NCBI GenBank assembly: GCA_023231475.1
Contig: JALJEE010000928.1
Location: 62,001-110,308, forward strand
Source of the DNA: Seison nebaliae
Taxonomy: Eukaryota
Length of the DNA: 48,308 nucleotides
Direction: 5' to 3'
The notes under the pieces were generated by a model, which worked only from the letters and a program-made list of their open reading frames with translations, was not told the origin of the DNA and did no database searches. The stretch's first letter is position 1, and each line of letters begins with the position of its first letter. Positions 26,585 to 39,647 of this stretch are shown here, piece after piece. The position numbers were made by a program, and so were the translations under genes.

Positions 26585-26753
26585 TAAAAATTTCAGTTGT
26601 TATCAATTCAATTATATAAAATTCATTTTATCTGTATGAAGAAGACTTTATTGAATAAGGAAATTGTTGAAAAGTAAAAGAATAATTTGTTTAAAACATG
26701 AAGAACAATGTCAAATTTAATAATTTATAAAATGAATCAGTTCGACGAATCTC

Positions 26754-29471
26754 TTAGACGTTCTTGGCAACTGAATCATTTGGTTTAATACTCATTCGAG
26801 GCGAATTGCTGATGGAACTATGTCCTTCGGAAATATCAAAAATTCCTTCATCAGTTCCTCCAGATACAGGTGTAAGATTATTCAATACTTTCTTATTCTC
26901 AGCGGATTTCGTATAATCGAATCGTTTCTTATTATTCTTTATTTCACAAACATGCAATTCATAATTATTCGGTTTCTCTAAATTAAATTCTTTCGTGCCT
27001 TTCATAAGTAGATTAAGTGCGTTATCGATCACATCTTCAGTCGAACAAGACGGTTTCGGTCCTTCATTTAATTGCGTTGCAGGTTCACTGTTTTTCAGAT
27101 ATAGTCTGTTATTTTCGATTTCCGACAATAAATTTTGAGGTAGGACAGCTTTAGTTCTTTTCAGCGATTGTTGAGATGTTTGGGGATGAATTGCATTTTT
27201 TCTTGAAATAAATTTACTTTCCGACATATTCCAAAGACGATCAATAGTTCGTTCATAGTTCTTGTTCTCGTTCACTATTCTCCATAAATCATAGCTTGAA
27301 CTCTTGTCTGTTTCTAAATCATCTTCGATTATATCGAACTTTTTATGTTTGTCATCCGATTCGCATGAATCCGTATCTAAACGACCGAACGATAATCGTG
27401 AAGAAGATTTTCTTCGCCATTCACGACGTATCTGCTCCCATGATGACTTTTGTTTGAACAATACAATACATAACATTAGGATGATTATAAAGACGCTTAC
27501 TATACAACTAATTAACAATTTATAATTTTTAGATAATACTGCTTCTTCCGCAATGCTCTTAGAAATTAGTTCATCATCGTACAATCCAATTTTATATGAC
27601 ATCGAATGATTGAAATTTGACATGATGGAAGAATTAGTTGGAAGTAGATTTGGTGTATTTGTCGAAGAAGTAAAATTTGTGATTGAATTATTATCATGAT
27701 TCGATTTGACGATATTGGACATGGTGTTGTTTAAAACATTGGAAATATCTTTTATTATATGAGGTAATTCGAAAGCAATTGATGAATCGACAAATACATT
27801 TGTAACTTTTTCATCGTTTAACGAATTTGTGAAAGTTTCGGACTCAACAGTTATTCCATCATCCATTGAGAAATTGTTATCAATTGAATTAGTCATTGTT
27901 GAGCTATATTCTGTAATACTATTATCATCAACACTAGAGTTTAATGGCAAATTCCATAAAATCAGATGTTCATTATTTTCCATTTTATTCGTAGTGGACA
28001 TGGTGGAAATTTCATTGGTATCAGTATTTTCTTTCAATTTTTCAATGTTATTTCTTAATAAAATGAACGATGTTGTTCGAGAAGTTGAGGTTGACGATAA
28101 ACGAATGGTTGAAGTTGATGAAGAAATATTTGTTATAGTCGCACGAGAATCAGTAGAATTGTCGTCAACTAAAATTTTTCCCGACAAATCCATTTTTCCA
28201 GTAGTTTTTTCAATCGAATTAGAATTTTCTTCTAAATAATTTGTATTAGTTAAGATATTAGAAGTACTAATGACATTAATATTAGACGTAGTAATTGTAG
28301 TGCTCATAGTAGTAGTAGTAGTAGTAGTAGTGAAAGTGGTACTAATGGTAGTAGTAGGAACAGCAGTGATAATGGTAGTAGCAGGAGCAGTAGTGATAAT
28401 GGTGGTAGTATTAGTAGTGGGAACAACGGTGATAAGGTTACTGGAATTACTAGTAGTAATTGTGTTTGTTGTTTGTATAATAGTTATAGTTGTAGTAGGA
28501 ATAACATTCGTAGTATGTTCTGTAGGAGCATAAGAAGACTTAATTCGAGTAGTTGATGTTGTAACTGGTCGTGTTGGTATAACAATTGTTCGATAACTTA
28601 TATTTTGTTTCGGACTGGTGGAAACTAATGTTTCCGCTGTCATTAACTTAGTTGTTTGAGTAGTTGTTGAATTGTTCATGGAAGTGTAATATGACATAAT
28701 TTTATGCCACAAGAAATTGTTAAGTATGCGGATTTCATGAAATTTTCTTTTCCTCTCAATGAACTCGTTTCCCGTAGAAGATTTCTTATTATTCCTTCTT
28801 CTAACACTGACCAAATTCAATATTACCGAAAGATTCGTATCTATGTTGCAGTTACATATTGATTCGAACTTCTCATCCGTTTGTAAGTTTTCTACTGTTA
28901 ACTAATAAATAATAAGTAAGAATTAAAAAAAAAAGATAATGAAAGTCTAATAAATTCCAATAGAAATTTAACCCAAGCCAAACTCCAACTACTTGCCACA
29001 CTACCTCCTTGGTTATAAATTGTTACATATTTCCACTTAATCTTCTTGTGACTTCCAATTATATACATCAGGTCATTGTGGCCTCTTTCGAAAAGGTCGC
29101 CTGCCGAACTAATGGAGAAAGATGCCTTTAACCCAATCGGTTCTGAGGCAACGAAATGAAATCGAAAAGTAGCATCCGTTCCGGCCATAAATGTATCTTG
29201 AGTCTGAAACTCAACCTTCCATTTGGAATACTCTGGAAAAAGAAATAATTAGACGATTGTTAGAGATGAATTAACTCGAATATTCAGGTTGACTGATCGA
29301 ATTGATGAATTGATTAGTAAAGATAACGGTTGGTTGTTTTCGTGATTTACGATAATCGAATTTTCGTTTGATTTTATCATAACTCATAAACTTTATTCGA
29401 CGTGTATTTTGATTTTGATGAGATAAGACTGCTAGTTGAACAAAGATAATCAGGTGAATGAAAAACCGCAT
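26754..29471 (-). CDS. Type I membrane protein (~867 aa): signal peptide, PLAT/LH2-like domain, Thr/Ser/Asn mucin stalk, TM helix, ~230-aa cytoplasmic tail
   Basis: Introns 29233-29275 and 28902-28972 join three ORFs in frame. PLAT signature WKVEFQTQDTFMAGTDA..FERGHND..WSLAWLTVENLQTDEKFESICNC; TM LLISCIVSVFIIILMLCIVLF. Confidence 0.8.
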
Positions 29472-32400
29472 GATCTTAATAGAAAAAGAAAATAAGAAAA
29501 ATATATTAAGAATATTGAATTCCTGAACTCATACAAATAAAAGAATATCATACAAATTTCCGAATATGGAAAGAAAGTAATTAGAGGAGAATTATGGAGG
29601 AAATGGACACTGTCCATAGAGCATAAAAAGATATATGATAGTTACGATTTCTAAAGAAAAAGAGAGACGTAATATGAAATTTGGAAGATAATAAATAGAC
29701 GATAATATGATATGGTTAATGTGGAGAAACGCAGAATAATGATGATGAAGATGAAGAAAGATAAATTAATTAAGATTCTTATTGAATTCCCTCGAGAAAC
29801 CGGGAAGGAATTCCGTAGAAAAACATCACGGAACAATTTTGTATGCATTTCATATTTGTAATTTTTCATAAGATTTTTATTCTTCTAGGAAATTCTTTAT
29901 TAGTGCCGTTCATATCAAATACTCTTCTTTTAATATCAATTTAATGGAAACCGAATATTTCCTTTAATTTTATAAAAAATTTTGTATTATAATAAATTTC
30001 TACTTATCAAAATTTTGGACGATGTAAATAAATGTTGATGGTTGTGAATTGATGAGAATAATGGAAGGGAATGAAAGAAAATACATTAATCTTCATTGTT
30101 GTATATTTTGGGAACGATATGAGAGTAAGAGACTATAAAACGATTGTTGATCTTAAATTAGTAATCAATAATTATTGACGGTTTAAGCAAACATCATAGT
30201 CAGATGCACCTTGTGGCAAATGTGCTGCTTTTGAAGCGAAAGAAGTAGGTCATTCGATGTTTAATGGGAAGATTTGCTTTTCAATCTTCCATTGATGAAG
30301 ATGTAAAATTGATAGCTTATGTCGTCACATTGATATCAAACACTTGTAGGAATAGTCCAAAGGAAAATATTGTTGTAATGTTGATGGAAATATGGAGAGA
30401 CTCATAAAGAATGAATAAATACTAAACGGTTCGCTGAAACTTATGCAGATTGAATGCAGATTAATCTTCCTTTCATAAGTAACTGCTCAACTGGTAATGG
30501 AAAATTTCCAATGTTCGATTATTCTACTAATCATGAACTCTATAAAAATGATAAATGAATATTAATTGTAACTTTCGACAGCAGACGAATGAGATTGAAA
30601 GGAGAAATCGTAGAAGATATCGTTCAAGAAAGAAACCTTCAATCTCATCTTCACCAGTTGTAACTAATTAGACTAATGTAATTTGTTGTAAAAATAATAG
30701 AGCTCATTTTCTGGTTAGAAATGGTTGTGGGAAGTCAAGGTAAGTTCAATATTATAATAACCATTTCTAGAACTACCTCTCTTACCTTAACCGCTGTTAA
30801 TTTCTGGTAACGGAAAATAAATATTCCGTGGAGTGCAATCTGTTAACTTACGAATAGCAAAATCAGATAAGATAGATTTGTGATCTCATAAATTTTCTTA
30901 GGTCGAAATGACTATAAATGCAAATAACTATCATAATATTACTACAAATAAGTAAATCTGTGTCAATAAGAAAAATGAGTAAAATAGAGGAAAGCAGATA
31001 GAAAGGAGGATATGAATCTTAAATTTCTTGAATAATATTGAATATGGTATCTGATGGTACTGAATTCCCAAAAATTATTTATAGATTCATCTTTAGATTA
31101 TTCTTTATATTCATAACATTCGAAAGAAGATGGTGGAATTCGAAGTCCCTCATTGAATATGAACAAAAAAAATTGCAATCGATTCGTATGTTTTTCCGGA
31201 AAGATATTACATCAAAATATCTCTGATTCATTTAATTACTATAAAATGTCTTTGGCTGATGTGTGTTCAATTACGTCATATTACATTGTTTTACGAATAT
31301 TTGTTACAGTGGAAACAGAAGTAAGGTGCTAGAAGAATTTTGAAAGAGATTTTGAGGAAATAATGTCTAAATCAGTGGACATACTTCTCGTTATTAAAAT
31401 TACTTCCTTTTCAAATGGTAGAAAGTTGAAAGAAAACTGTCTATTGACAAATGTTAAATAGTCGTAAAGTAGGAAAAAAAGAGTCGAGAAAACAAAGTGA
31501 AAATGATAGGAATCATTGTGACAATTTGACTTGATCAATTGATAATGACAAATCGATTGGTTGTTCTTTTGCGGAAGTTGTTCCTATGCTCAGGCGAACT
31601 GCTCGTTTAATGAGAACGAAAAGGTGATGATGATATGGAATCTACTGTAGAATTCTGTGAATATATATCATTCGGAGAATAATGAAGATAAATAAATGAT
31701 ATTCCGCAAATCCGACTAAATTTGATATGTGGAAAGAAAATGAATAAATACTAATGATCCAAAAACGTGATATATATCTATACGAGTCAATTCAGGTCGG
31801 TGAGAAGTGAAACTGCAGACATGATGCTGTGTTCAAACAAATATTTAATTGAACTTACATTCGTCTCCTAGTCGGTTAGTAGTTGGCAACTTATTTATTT
31901 TTATATTCATCCAATTATTCATTAATCTTCCTACTACCAATTTTTCTCACTATTTCTTTCCTGATTAACGAATTATATGGAATTGATTGAATCTTTCGAG
32001 GGAAATCTTTATTTGGAAATTTCAAATGAATGTTAACATAACTAATTATTTAGAATTAACTTTTATTACATTTCTGACTTATCAAATGTTACCTAATTGT
32101 ATCAGCGATCCAAGCAGAAAGGAATTATGAAGGAAAAAAGTTGGATGATGAAATTAAAGTTCTAAAATGTAGTTCATAATTAAATTAAAGGGGAACAAAT
32201 CTAATTTGGGGAGAGAATAGGATGGAATTGAATAATTTATCTGATCAGCCAACAAATCTATCGACGGTTCGACCTACAACCTTATGGGAAGATGCATTGT
32301 TTATAATAATTACGTGATGGTATTGTGTAATTTAATCTTCTTTGTTGCACTTCCTTCAATTAAACGAACGATAAATATAGACTAAACTGTTGAAACTGGT

Positions 32401-33043
32401 TGTTGCCATCGGTGATAATGGAAAAGAAGGAAGGAGAAGAAACTTTTTCCTACAAAAAACTCCTGTCAATCTTCGGTGATAACATCAGCTAACCACAAAT
32501 TTTCTATGGTACATTGGAATGACGATAGTAACAATTACAATAATTCCCTTAATTTTTCCCCTCCATTGTTCATTGGGATGGAGAGGAATACAAGTTTTGA
32601 ATTCATACAAATGTTAATTTTGCTTTCTTGTCGACATATACTGCTTCCTCGTTCCAATAATTAGAATTGAGAAGAATCCGTCCATTCCAAACTTACCTCC
32701 ATTTATTGTTTTTCATCCATGAAATCATGAGAATCGGTTTTAACATCAACAATAACATTTATATGAATTTCCACTTCATTTCACTTTCTTTTTTTCTTCT
32801 GAACTTCAAATTACTGAAAATGTTTATTTGGAAAAGATTACGATAGAAATAAGACGAAATACGATTAAGTTTTTTATGTTCCATTCCCAATAAAATTTTC
32901 GTTTGTGAAATTAATTTTTGGAGAATGAATCAAAATGAAATAATGAAGGAATTGTCTAAGTGTGATGAGAAAGTATATAAATGCACATGTTAATATTTTA
33001 ATAAAAATTTATTGGAATTTGGAAATGGAATAAGATTTCCTTT

Positions 33044-34626
33044 TCAAATGATCGGATCTAAAAAAAAGGAAATGATAATTCATTTAACGATAAGAGGAGA
33101 ATGTCTAACCGAAACATAATGGGCAACACTGATCATCCACATGTTTTACATTCGAACATCTCAATAGTTCTTTGTCGTCACATTGTATTAATGTCTGGCA
33201 TTTAATCTGGCCGGTTTCCATACATAAACAATTCTTCTTACAAAGAGACAAGTCAAATTCTTTCCCATCATTCTCATATTCTTTGTTGTTGTTGAAACAT
33301 TTAGTTATGCTCATTTCATCAATCTCATTCATTCTCATCACGATTAGTGATTCATTCATAATTGCTTCTCCATTTTTCGATGCTCCTATCTCCTGCAACA
33401 TTTCTGCTACCATTTCCGGATCGTGTGAACTATTATTATTCACTTCATCATTATTACTCGTAATTGTTGCGGCGTTCACAATCATATTCGTTATCAATTT
33501 TAAACTTTCATTCATCTTTTTCGTTTTTCTTATGGTAGATGCGTCAATATCTTCGTTCGTCTTCCTCGACATTGTTGTTGTTTTGGTAGTCGATGTTACA
33601 CTCACAATTTTTGATGAAGTTGTAACCGGTTTTTCGATTGTTGTATTCATTTGATTTCTAGCTTGTGCTAATCGAAAATTAGCATAAATTCCTTCCGCGT
33701 CATCCGCTATAGGAAGTGGTTTGGCAAAACGGTGAGTTAATTTTCTGGTGAATCTTGATGTATTTTGATTGACAACTTCTGACGGTAATGGATCGGTTTT
33801 TATCGTTTCTATGGAAACAATTTTCAAATCATCAATTATTGTAACATTTTCTCGTTCACGAACTTTCTCCCGAACAACTACACCTTTAACGATACAATCA
33901 GCTTTCAATTTTTCTATCATTTTCTGCTTTTCTTTACCACTTTTTATTTGACCTTTCAATTTCATTCTCAATTTTTCCAACAATTTCTTTCGTCGACATT
34001 TATTCTTCAATTTCCTCTTGAGTTTGTCCGGACATTGTTTCCTAACATGCGACACCCAAACATCAGGACGATTATAACGTTTGACGACGGGACACCATAA
34101 ACTATTCGGTCTCTTCTTCTCCTTGTCCGTCAGAATTTCCTTTGGCAACTTCTTATTCGGGAGACATTTGCGATAAATTCGATTATTGAAATAGAATGGA
34201 AAAATACATTCTATAAACGAACATATTAAATAAAGAATTTAATTCATAAATTCTTCAAAAAAAGGCTACGAACGTCGACAATATATCCATTTCTTATCTA
34301 TTTGGAAATCGGAGGTAAGAGAACACCAGAAATCCATATCATCGATTTTCGTACAATTATAATAAGTGACATTTTTATAGTTAAAAGGGAAATGACATTC
34401 CTCATCTAAAGTTTATTTTTAATTTGAATTTCTTTCAAACAAAATATTAACTGGAAAAGTTTCCTCGAACAACATCTTTCGCTGTTATTTAAATGAAGAA
34501 TAAATGAAGTTGAGAAGAGAACAATTAACTGTGTTTGATTGTTTTACCTTTCGATATCTGAAGAGAATCGATATAAATGAAATTTATCCCAATTAAGAAT
34601 AATAAAAAGAGATTGGAATGTTTCAT
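33044..34626 (-). CDS. Secreted protein (~457 aa): signal peptide, two fibronectin type II domains, Lys-rich segment, Thr-rich linker, C-terminal VWC-like domain
   Basis: FN2 #1 ECHFPFNYKNVTYYNCTKIDDMDFWCSLTSDFQIDKKWIYC; FN2 #2 CIFPFYFNNRIYRKC..LWCPVVKRY..W..C; VWC-like CKKNCLCMETGQIKC..C..C..QCCPLC. Four phase-1 introns: 34482-34529, 34406-34451, 34211-34273 and 33058-33109. Confidence 0.85.
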
Positions 34627-34975
34627 TCTTTTATTAAATTTTCTGAAATGAATACAACAGGAATGACAATAAGAGAATGACAACAACAATTTTTAATTTT
34701 CCTCTAACAAAAATCAAGAAGTTCTTAATTAAAGAGAAGAGATAGCGTGAGAAAGTTTAATGAAGACAACAATTACTGACAAATGTTCGAATGAAAAGTA
34801 GAAAGTTAATAGGTTGAACCTCTCCCTTGTTTATTCATTCGCATTTGGTTCTCAATTAATAACAAGTTGAAAGGAGAATGAAAGAGAACTATGAATAATT
34901 CGATGGAATCAATCAGGTAATTAGATGCAGTAGACCGATATAATCAAACGGTCATTTAATCGAAATTAATCATTT

Positions 34976-35796
34976 TTATCCTTCTGATACATGGAGGTGA
35001 AAGCGGGAGATGAATGACGAAATCATTTCTTTCTTTAATTTCTCGATTAATTCCTCATCGGTCATTATCTTCCTTTCATTTTCATTCATTTCATATTGCA
35101 GACATGTCATTTGAACATTATTGATTCCACAAGGTACAATTCCGACGAATCCTTCTAAACTTTTTCTACAAAAATATTTATTTCAAATAATTCCTTAATT
35201 AATTTAAGTAACTTCGTCACATTCAATGAAAGACCATGTTGTGTTATTCGATCATTAACATTGATACCCACCGAAGAAATCTTCCTCTTTCCCTCACACC
35301 ATATTCCACTCAATTGCACAATCGAACTCTTGTCGTTGTCGTCGATGAACTTATTGAAATTCAGAGTACAATTCTGAGAAACATTCTTCAATCGATATCG
35401 ATTTTGGAGGATATCAATAACCAAATCGAACAATTGATCCACATATGATTTAGTTGTCATCTTTCGAGAAGTGTTCTTATCAATCAATTGATCCAAATCG
35501 ATAATTGGATACATTACTAGCTGACCGGGACCATGATAAGTAATAAGACCACCTCGATCCGTTTTCACCATTGGAATTTGATAATTCTTCCCATCATACA
35601 AATTATGTGCTCGACGTCCAATCGTCAATACCGGATTATGTTCCGTCAATATAACATATCCAATTTTCCCCGTATTTCCATTAGTTGATTTCCTTCGCTT
35701 TATTAATTCTGTTTTAAGATGTTGCTGTAATTTCCAGACGGAACGATAATCAGAAAATTTTTCAGTTAATTTTATTAATTTGATGATGGATTTCAT
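34976..35796 (-). CDS. LIPT2: Octanoyltransferase (LipB family, lipoyltransferase 2)
   Basis: LTEHNPVLTIG, DRGGLITYHGPGQLVMYPI, RKISSVG, THGLSLNV-like (TQHGLSLNV), and after intron 35166-35212 FVGIVPCG (catalytic Cys). Start taken at the first in-frame ATG, 35796. Confidence 0.92.
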
Positions 35797-36010
35797 GACG
35801 AGCTTATTCAATAAATTTTTTTAAAAATCAAACATTTGAGAATAATAATAATTTATTTAAACATAATTTTTGTAATTCTTAACAGATCGCGAATATTGAT
35901 CTTTTATCAAATGTTTTTTTTCCAAATATTTATATTTTGTTTTATAAAAATAATCGTTTCTCACTTTCATTTTTAGTGGATTATTTGTGGAATAAGAATT
36001 TGGATGGCAT

Positions 36011-36863
36011 TTACAGATATTGGGAGAGCCAACGGAATCCTTCACCATATCCTTCTCGATTAAGTACACTGCATAAATAAAGTTCAATTGGACGTCGTGC
36101 TAAATCGACACGTGGCACATTTCCCTGATTTAAGAAAAATCGAAAATACTTAAAGAAATTGTAATTAAAATTCCATTCTAACTTTTCCAGTACACATTTC
36201 GGTGACTCCTAAATAATATTTCGCTTCCATTTCACTAATGGCGGTTGGTAGATCCATTTTATTTCCCAGAACTAAAACGGGACATTGTGACACTTGTTCG
36301 TCAGATATTAGACTCTGTTCAATTGAGAATAAAAGATGGGAAAAAATTGAGGAAGGGAAACTTGAAGTTCAGATCTTGCTTCGATCATTCGATCTTTATC
36401 GCTGATATCCACCAAAAAGACGACGGCATCAACAGCTGGAAAATAATTCTTCCAAACCTTCCTCGCTGAAGACAAATGTGAAAGAGAAAAGATATTCAAC
36501 TGATTGAACCTTGTATGTGACCGCCGAGATCATAAGTGGTGAATTTGATATTTCCTAAAGATAATTCTTCAGATGCTGAAAAAAACATTTAAATTGATAA
36601 TTGAATTTCATTCATTAAATGAATGTGAAACTTGGATGTAATGTGGGAACGGGCTGTGCAATTTTATCATCTTTTAACATATGAAGCAATGTCGTTTTTC
36701 CGGCATTGTCCAAACCCAAAAATATTAATTTTCCACTCTTCTTCCATAAACCTGTAAATGAAATGATTAAAGAAAGAGGAATTAAAGAGAATTGAGTGGA
36801 ATGAAGAATTGATAATGAACCTAAATTCGATAGAGTACTACTTAACCAATCCCATAGGAACAT
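36011..36863 (-). CDS. SAR1: Small GTPase Sar1 (COPII), 192 aa, 6 exons
   Basis: [32 protein letters not shown] and [13 protein letters not shown]. Introns 36752-36820, 36576-36631, 36466-36509, 36315-36361 and 36125-36182. Confidence 0.97.
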
Positions 36864-37878
36864 TTTGATCTGATTCTCTCAATCGATTGATAAGAAGTAT
36901 TTTTTAACAAATAGAAATGAATTTGATTTACTTTCTTCGAGTTAAAAAAAAGAAGTAAATCGTCCGTCCTTTGCACTTTTGGAACAATTGGAAATTCAAC
37001 TTTTTTTTTCACAAACTCAAAAATTGATATGACACGATATATCTACAGATGTGTGTGTTTTCACCAAATGAAGAAGTTAAATTAATAAGAAATAAATGAT
37101 CTTCAACTAACATTAATGAATACACGTCAATTGTTTATAAATCGATGCGGCTAACTATTGGAATAAGAGAGTTAGAGGATTTCCAAACAAATTACTTCCA
37201 ACTCATTCGAATACTTCCTCCCAAAATTATTTTCTATTAATTCTCATCATTAATGGAATATGGAATGATAAGTTAATACATGTACATCTACACAGATTGT
37301 AGAATAGAATAAACAGAAACCATCTACACAACAAAAAGATAAGTTCTGCTAGAAATGAATTTACTGGGGAATATAACATGAAAGATTGTTGTTTAGCCTT
37401 TCTATAAAGTTAATGAACATATATTCACTTATTAATAATAAATTTATATAATAATACTTCACCATAAAATGCCATAAAATTCGCTAACATTTATTTTTTT
37501 TAATTTCTCGAAAACATTCCAATTATTCCAGATTTATATGACGGATTACTAAATTATTAAATTTTAATAATTAATTTAAAATTGTAGAAATGACCTTAAT
37601 TTCAACTGGCAATTTAAGCGCGCACAATAAAACTTTTTGTTAAAAAGAATTTGTTAAAATTGAATTTCATTTAACATACATATATAGTTCGACGGAGACA
37701 CGAAATCTACGTGGTTTATAGAATCTTATAATTTCTTGTATCTATGGAGATTGATTGAATTGTGTGACGTGTCATTTATAACTTCCAATATTTAATACTG
37801 GTCGTTTAATTTTAATTCTTCATAAAAATCTTACTGGAACGGTCTATTTGAATTGTCAAATCATTAAATATAGAGAGA

Positions 37879-38868
37879 ATGCCTGCCCGCAAATCAGCCC
37901 GTTTACAGAAGAAAATGAAAAATACCGTTGAACTGCCTACAAATTTATCAACTGTACCGCCAGATAAATTATCGGGCAGAAAATCTAATTGTAGTGGACA
38001 ATCACGAGATGAGTATGGTAAATTCGTGCCAAAAGTTGATGGATCGGTCCAGGGTAAAAATAGTAAGAATATCAAAGATAATGAGAGTGATGTTGTTGGT
38101 TCAAGCAAAAAATTAACTACTCGTAAAGAGTTAACTCCTCAACATCATTCGATTATTGGTGATGGGGATCATTTATATGAAGATTATTCAAGTATTCGAT
38201 CTTTAAAATATGTTCATAGGATCACTTCCAGTAGTGAAAATAGTAGTATCAAACAATTGTCATTCGTCGATGAACTTAAGGTAAGTAATTTGAAACCCTT
38301 GAAAAATACGAGTAATGTAATTGAGAAAATTGGAAAATTAGAAAATAACAATTTTTTTCCTTTAAGAAAAGAAGAGTATGTAATTTGTTCGAACGACAGC
38401 GAACCAAATTCAAAGAAGAGTGAAAGTGGAGATAGTTTTAATAAGGAATTAACCAATATGTTGAATACTACCGGTCTTGTGAAAATGAATAACAATTTGA
38501 ATAATAGTTTGCGGCGATTAACATCGAACAAATCGATGTCGAAACTTTCCAACAAACTTGACAATTTAAATGATGATACATTGTTGGATGCAAATAGTCT
38601 CATGAAGACAAATTCCATTTGTTCAATTCGAAGAACCAGTCAGGAAATATTTCAGCAGATGCAAAATGAACGTAATGCGGCGGCCGAACCAAATTTAGCA
38701 AATGAAATCAATTGCACAGGAGAACCAGCTGCTCAACTCTCAGTTTTTCAAAGATTGATCAATCTAACAAATGTGAACGTTGCCATTCTTCTGGTGAACA
38801 TGACAATGTTGTTCCTTCTGCTACTGATTTATTTCGAGAATATGATCGATGAAGTAGAAGATTTCTAA
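37879..38868 (+). CDS. Orphan 329-aa protein with a basic N-terminus and a C-terminal TM helix (tail-anchored)
   Basis: Open 990-nt frame. N-terminal MPARKSARLQKK; C-terminal VAILLVNMTMLFLLLLIYF followed by a short acidic tail. Confidence 0.75.
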   Translation: MPARKSARLQKKMKNTVELPTNLSTVPPDKLSGRKSNCSGQSRDEYGKFVPKVDGSVQGKNSKNIKDNESDVVGSSKKLTTRKELTPQHHSIIGDGDHLYEDYSSIRSLKYVHRITSSSENSSIKQLSFVDELKVSNLKPLKNTSNVIEKIGKLENNNFFPLRKEEYVICSNDSEPNSKKSESGDSFNKELTNMLNTTGLVKMNNNLNNSLRRLTSNKSMSKLSNKLDNLNDDTLLDANSLMKTNSICSIRRTSQEIFQQMQNERNAAAEPNLANEINCTGEPAAQLSVFQRLINLTNVNVAILLVNMTMLFLLLLIYFENMIDEVEDF

Positions 38869-39099
38869 TAAGAAATTGTTCATTAAATCAATTGATTAAA
38901 AAAACGATAGTTTCGAATGAAGTTTTAAAATAAATTTGTTCCATTCTCCTTCGTCGAGTTTATTTGAATTTACTTATATTTTACTTACAATTATTTTAAA
39001 TTGTTTCCTGTAATATTATAATTTATTTAAATAGTTTAAATTCATAATTACATTTCAATTGAAGAAAAATTTTAACATTAGTTCAAAATCGAGATTAAT

Positions 39100-39409
39100 A
39101 TGATGAAAAGGGAAAAGAACGACAATCCACTTGGAAGTGGTGAAGATGGAGGGAAGCACAAAGAATCAGCGAAAGATGCAAGTAAAGATGATCTTCGTCG
39201 ACTTCGATTGATCATTCCACAAATGCTGATGTGTAAAGGTGATGAGAAGACGGTGGTGGAACATACAGCGATATATTTCCATAGTGCCAATGTCGTTCTT
39301 GAGGCATTCAATGCGAAAGTTCTATTTTTTCTTAAGTTGTTTTTGATTTACATAAATCTTATAGGAAGAATGGAACTCAATTTGTCAGAAGTTCATGGAT
39401 GATAATTGA
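39100..39409 (+). CDS. Small (87 aa) helix-loop-helix-like protein without a basic region
   Basis: DDLRRLRLIIP..KGDEKTVVEHTAIYF resembles the HLH pattern LxxLRxLIP..KxDKxxVLxxAxxYI. Intron 39319-39364 leads to EEWNSICQKFMDDN*. Confidence 0.55.
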
Positions 39410-39647
39410 TATCAGAAATATAAATTTCATATTTTATGAATCTTCAATTATTTATTTCTTCGAAATTACTCTGTTTTTTTTCTTCAGTAAATCATTTTAT
39501 AAATTTTTATTAGAAATAAAAGTTGTGCGTCTGTTAGCGAGACGTTGAAAAAAGTGTTAATTAATTCAAAATAAAATTAATGGAATTCCATTTGAAGTTT
39601 TGATTTTCCACAATACAAAATAAATTGAACAGGAAAATATAAAACTC

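Noticed and set aside
34976..35796. LipB-like gene as a possible bacterial horizontal transfer
   Set aside because: LIPT2 is a normal mitochondrial enzyme in animals, and this copy has a host-type intron and composition.
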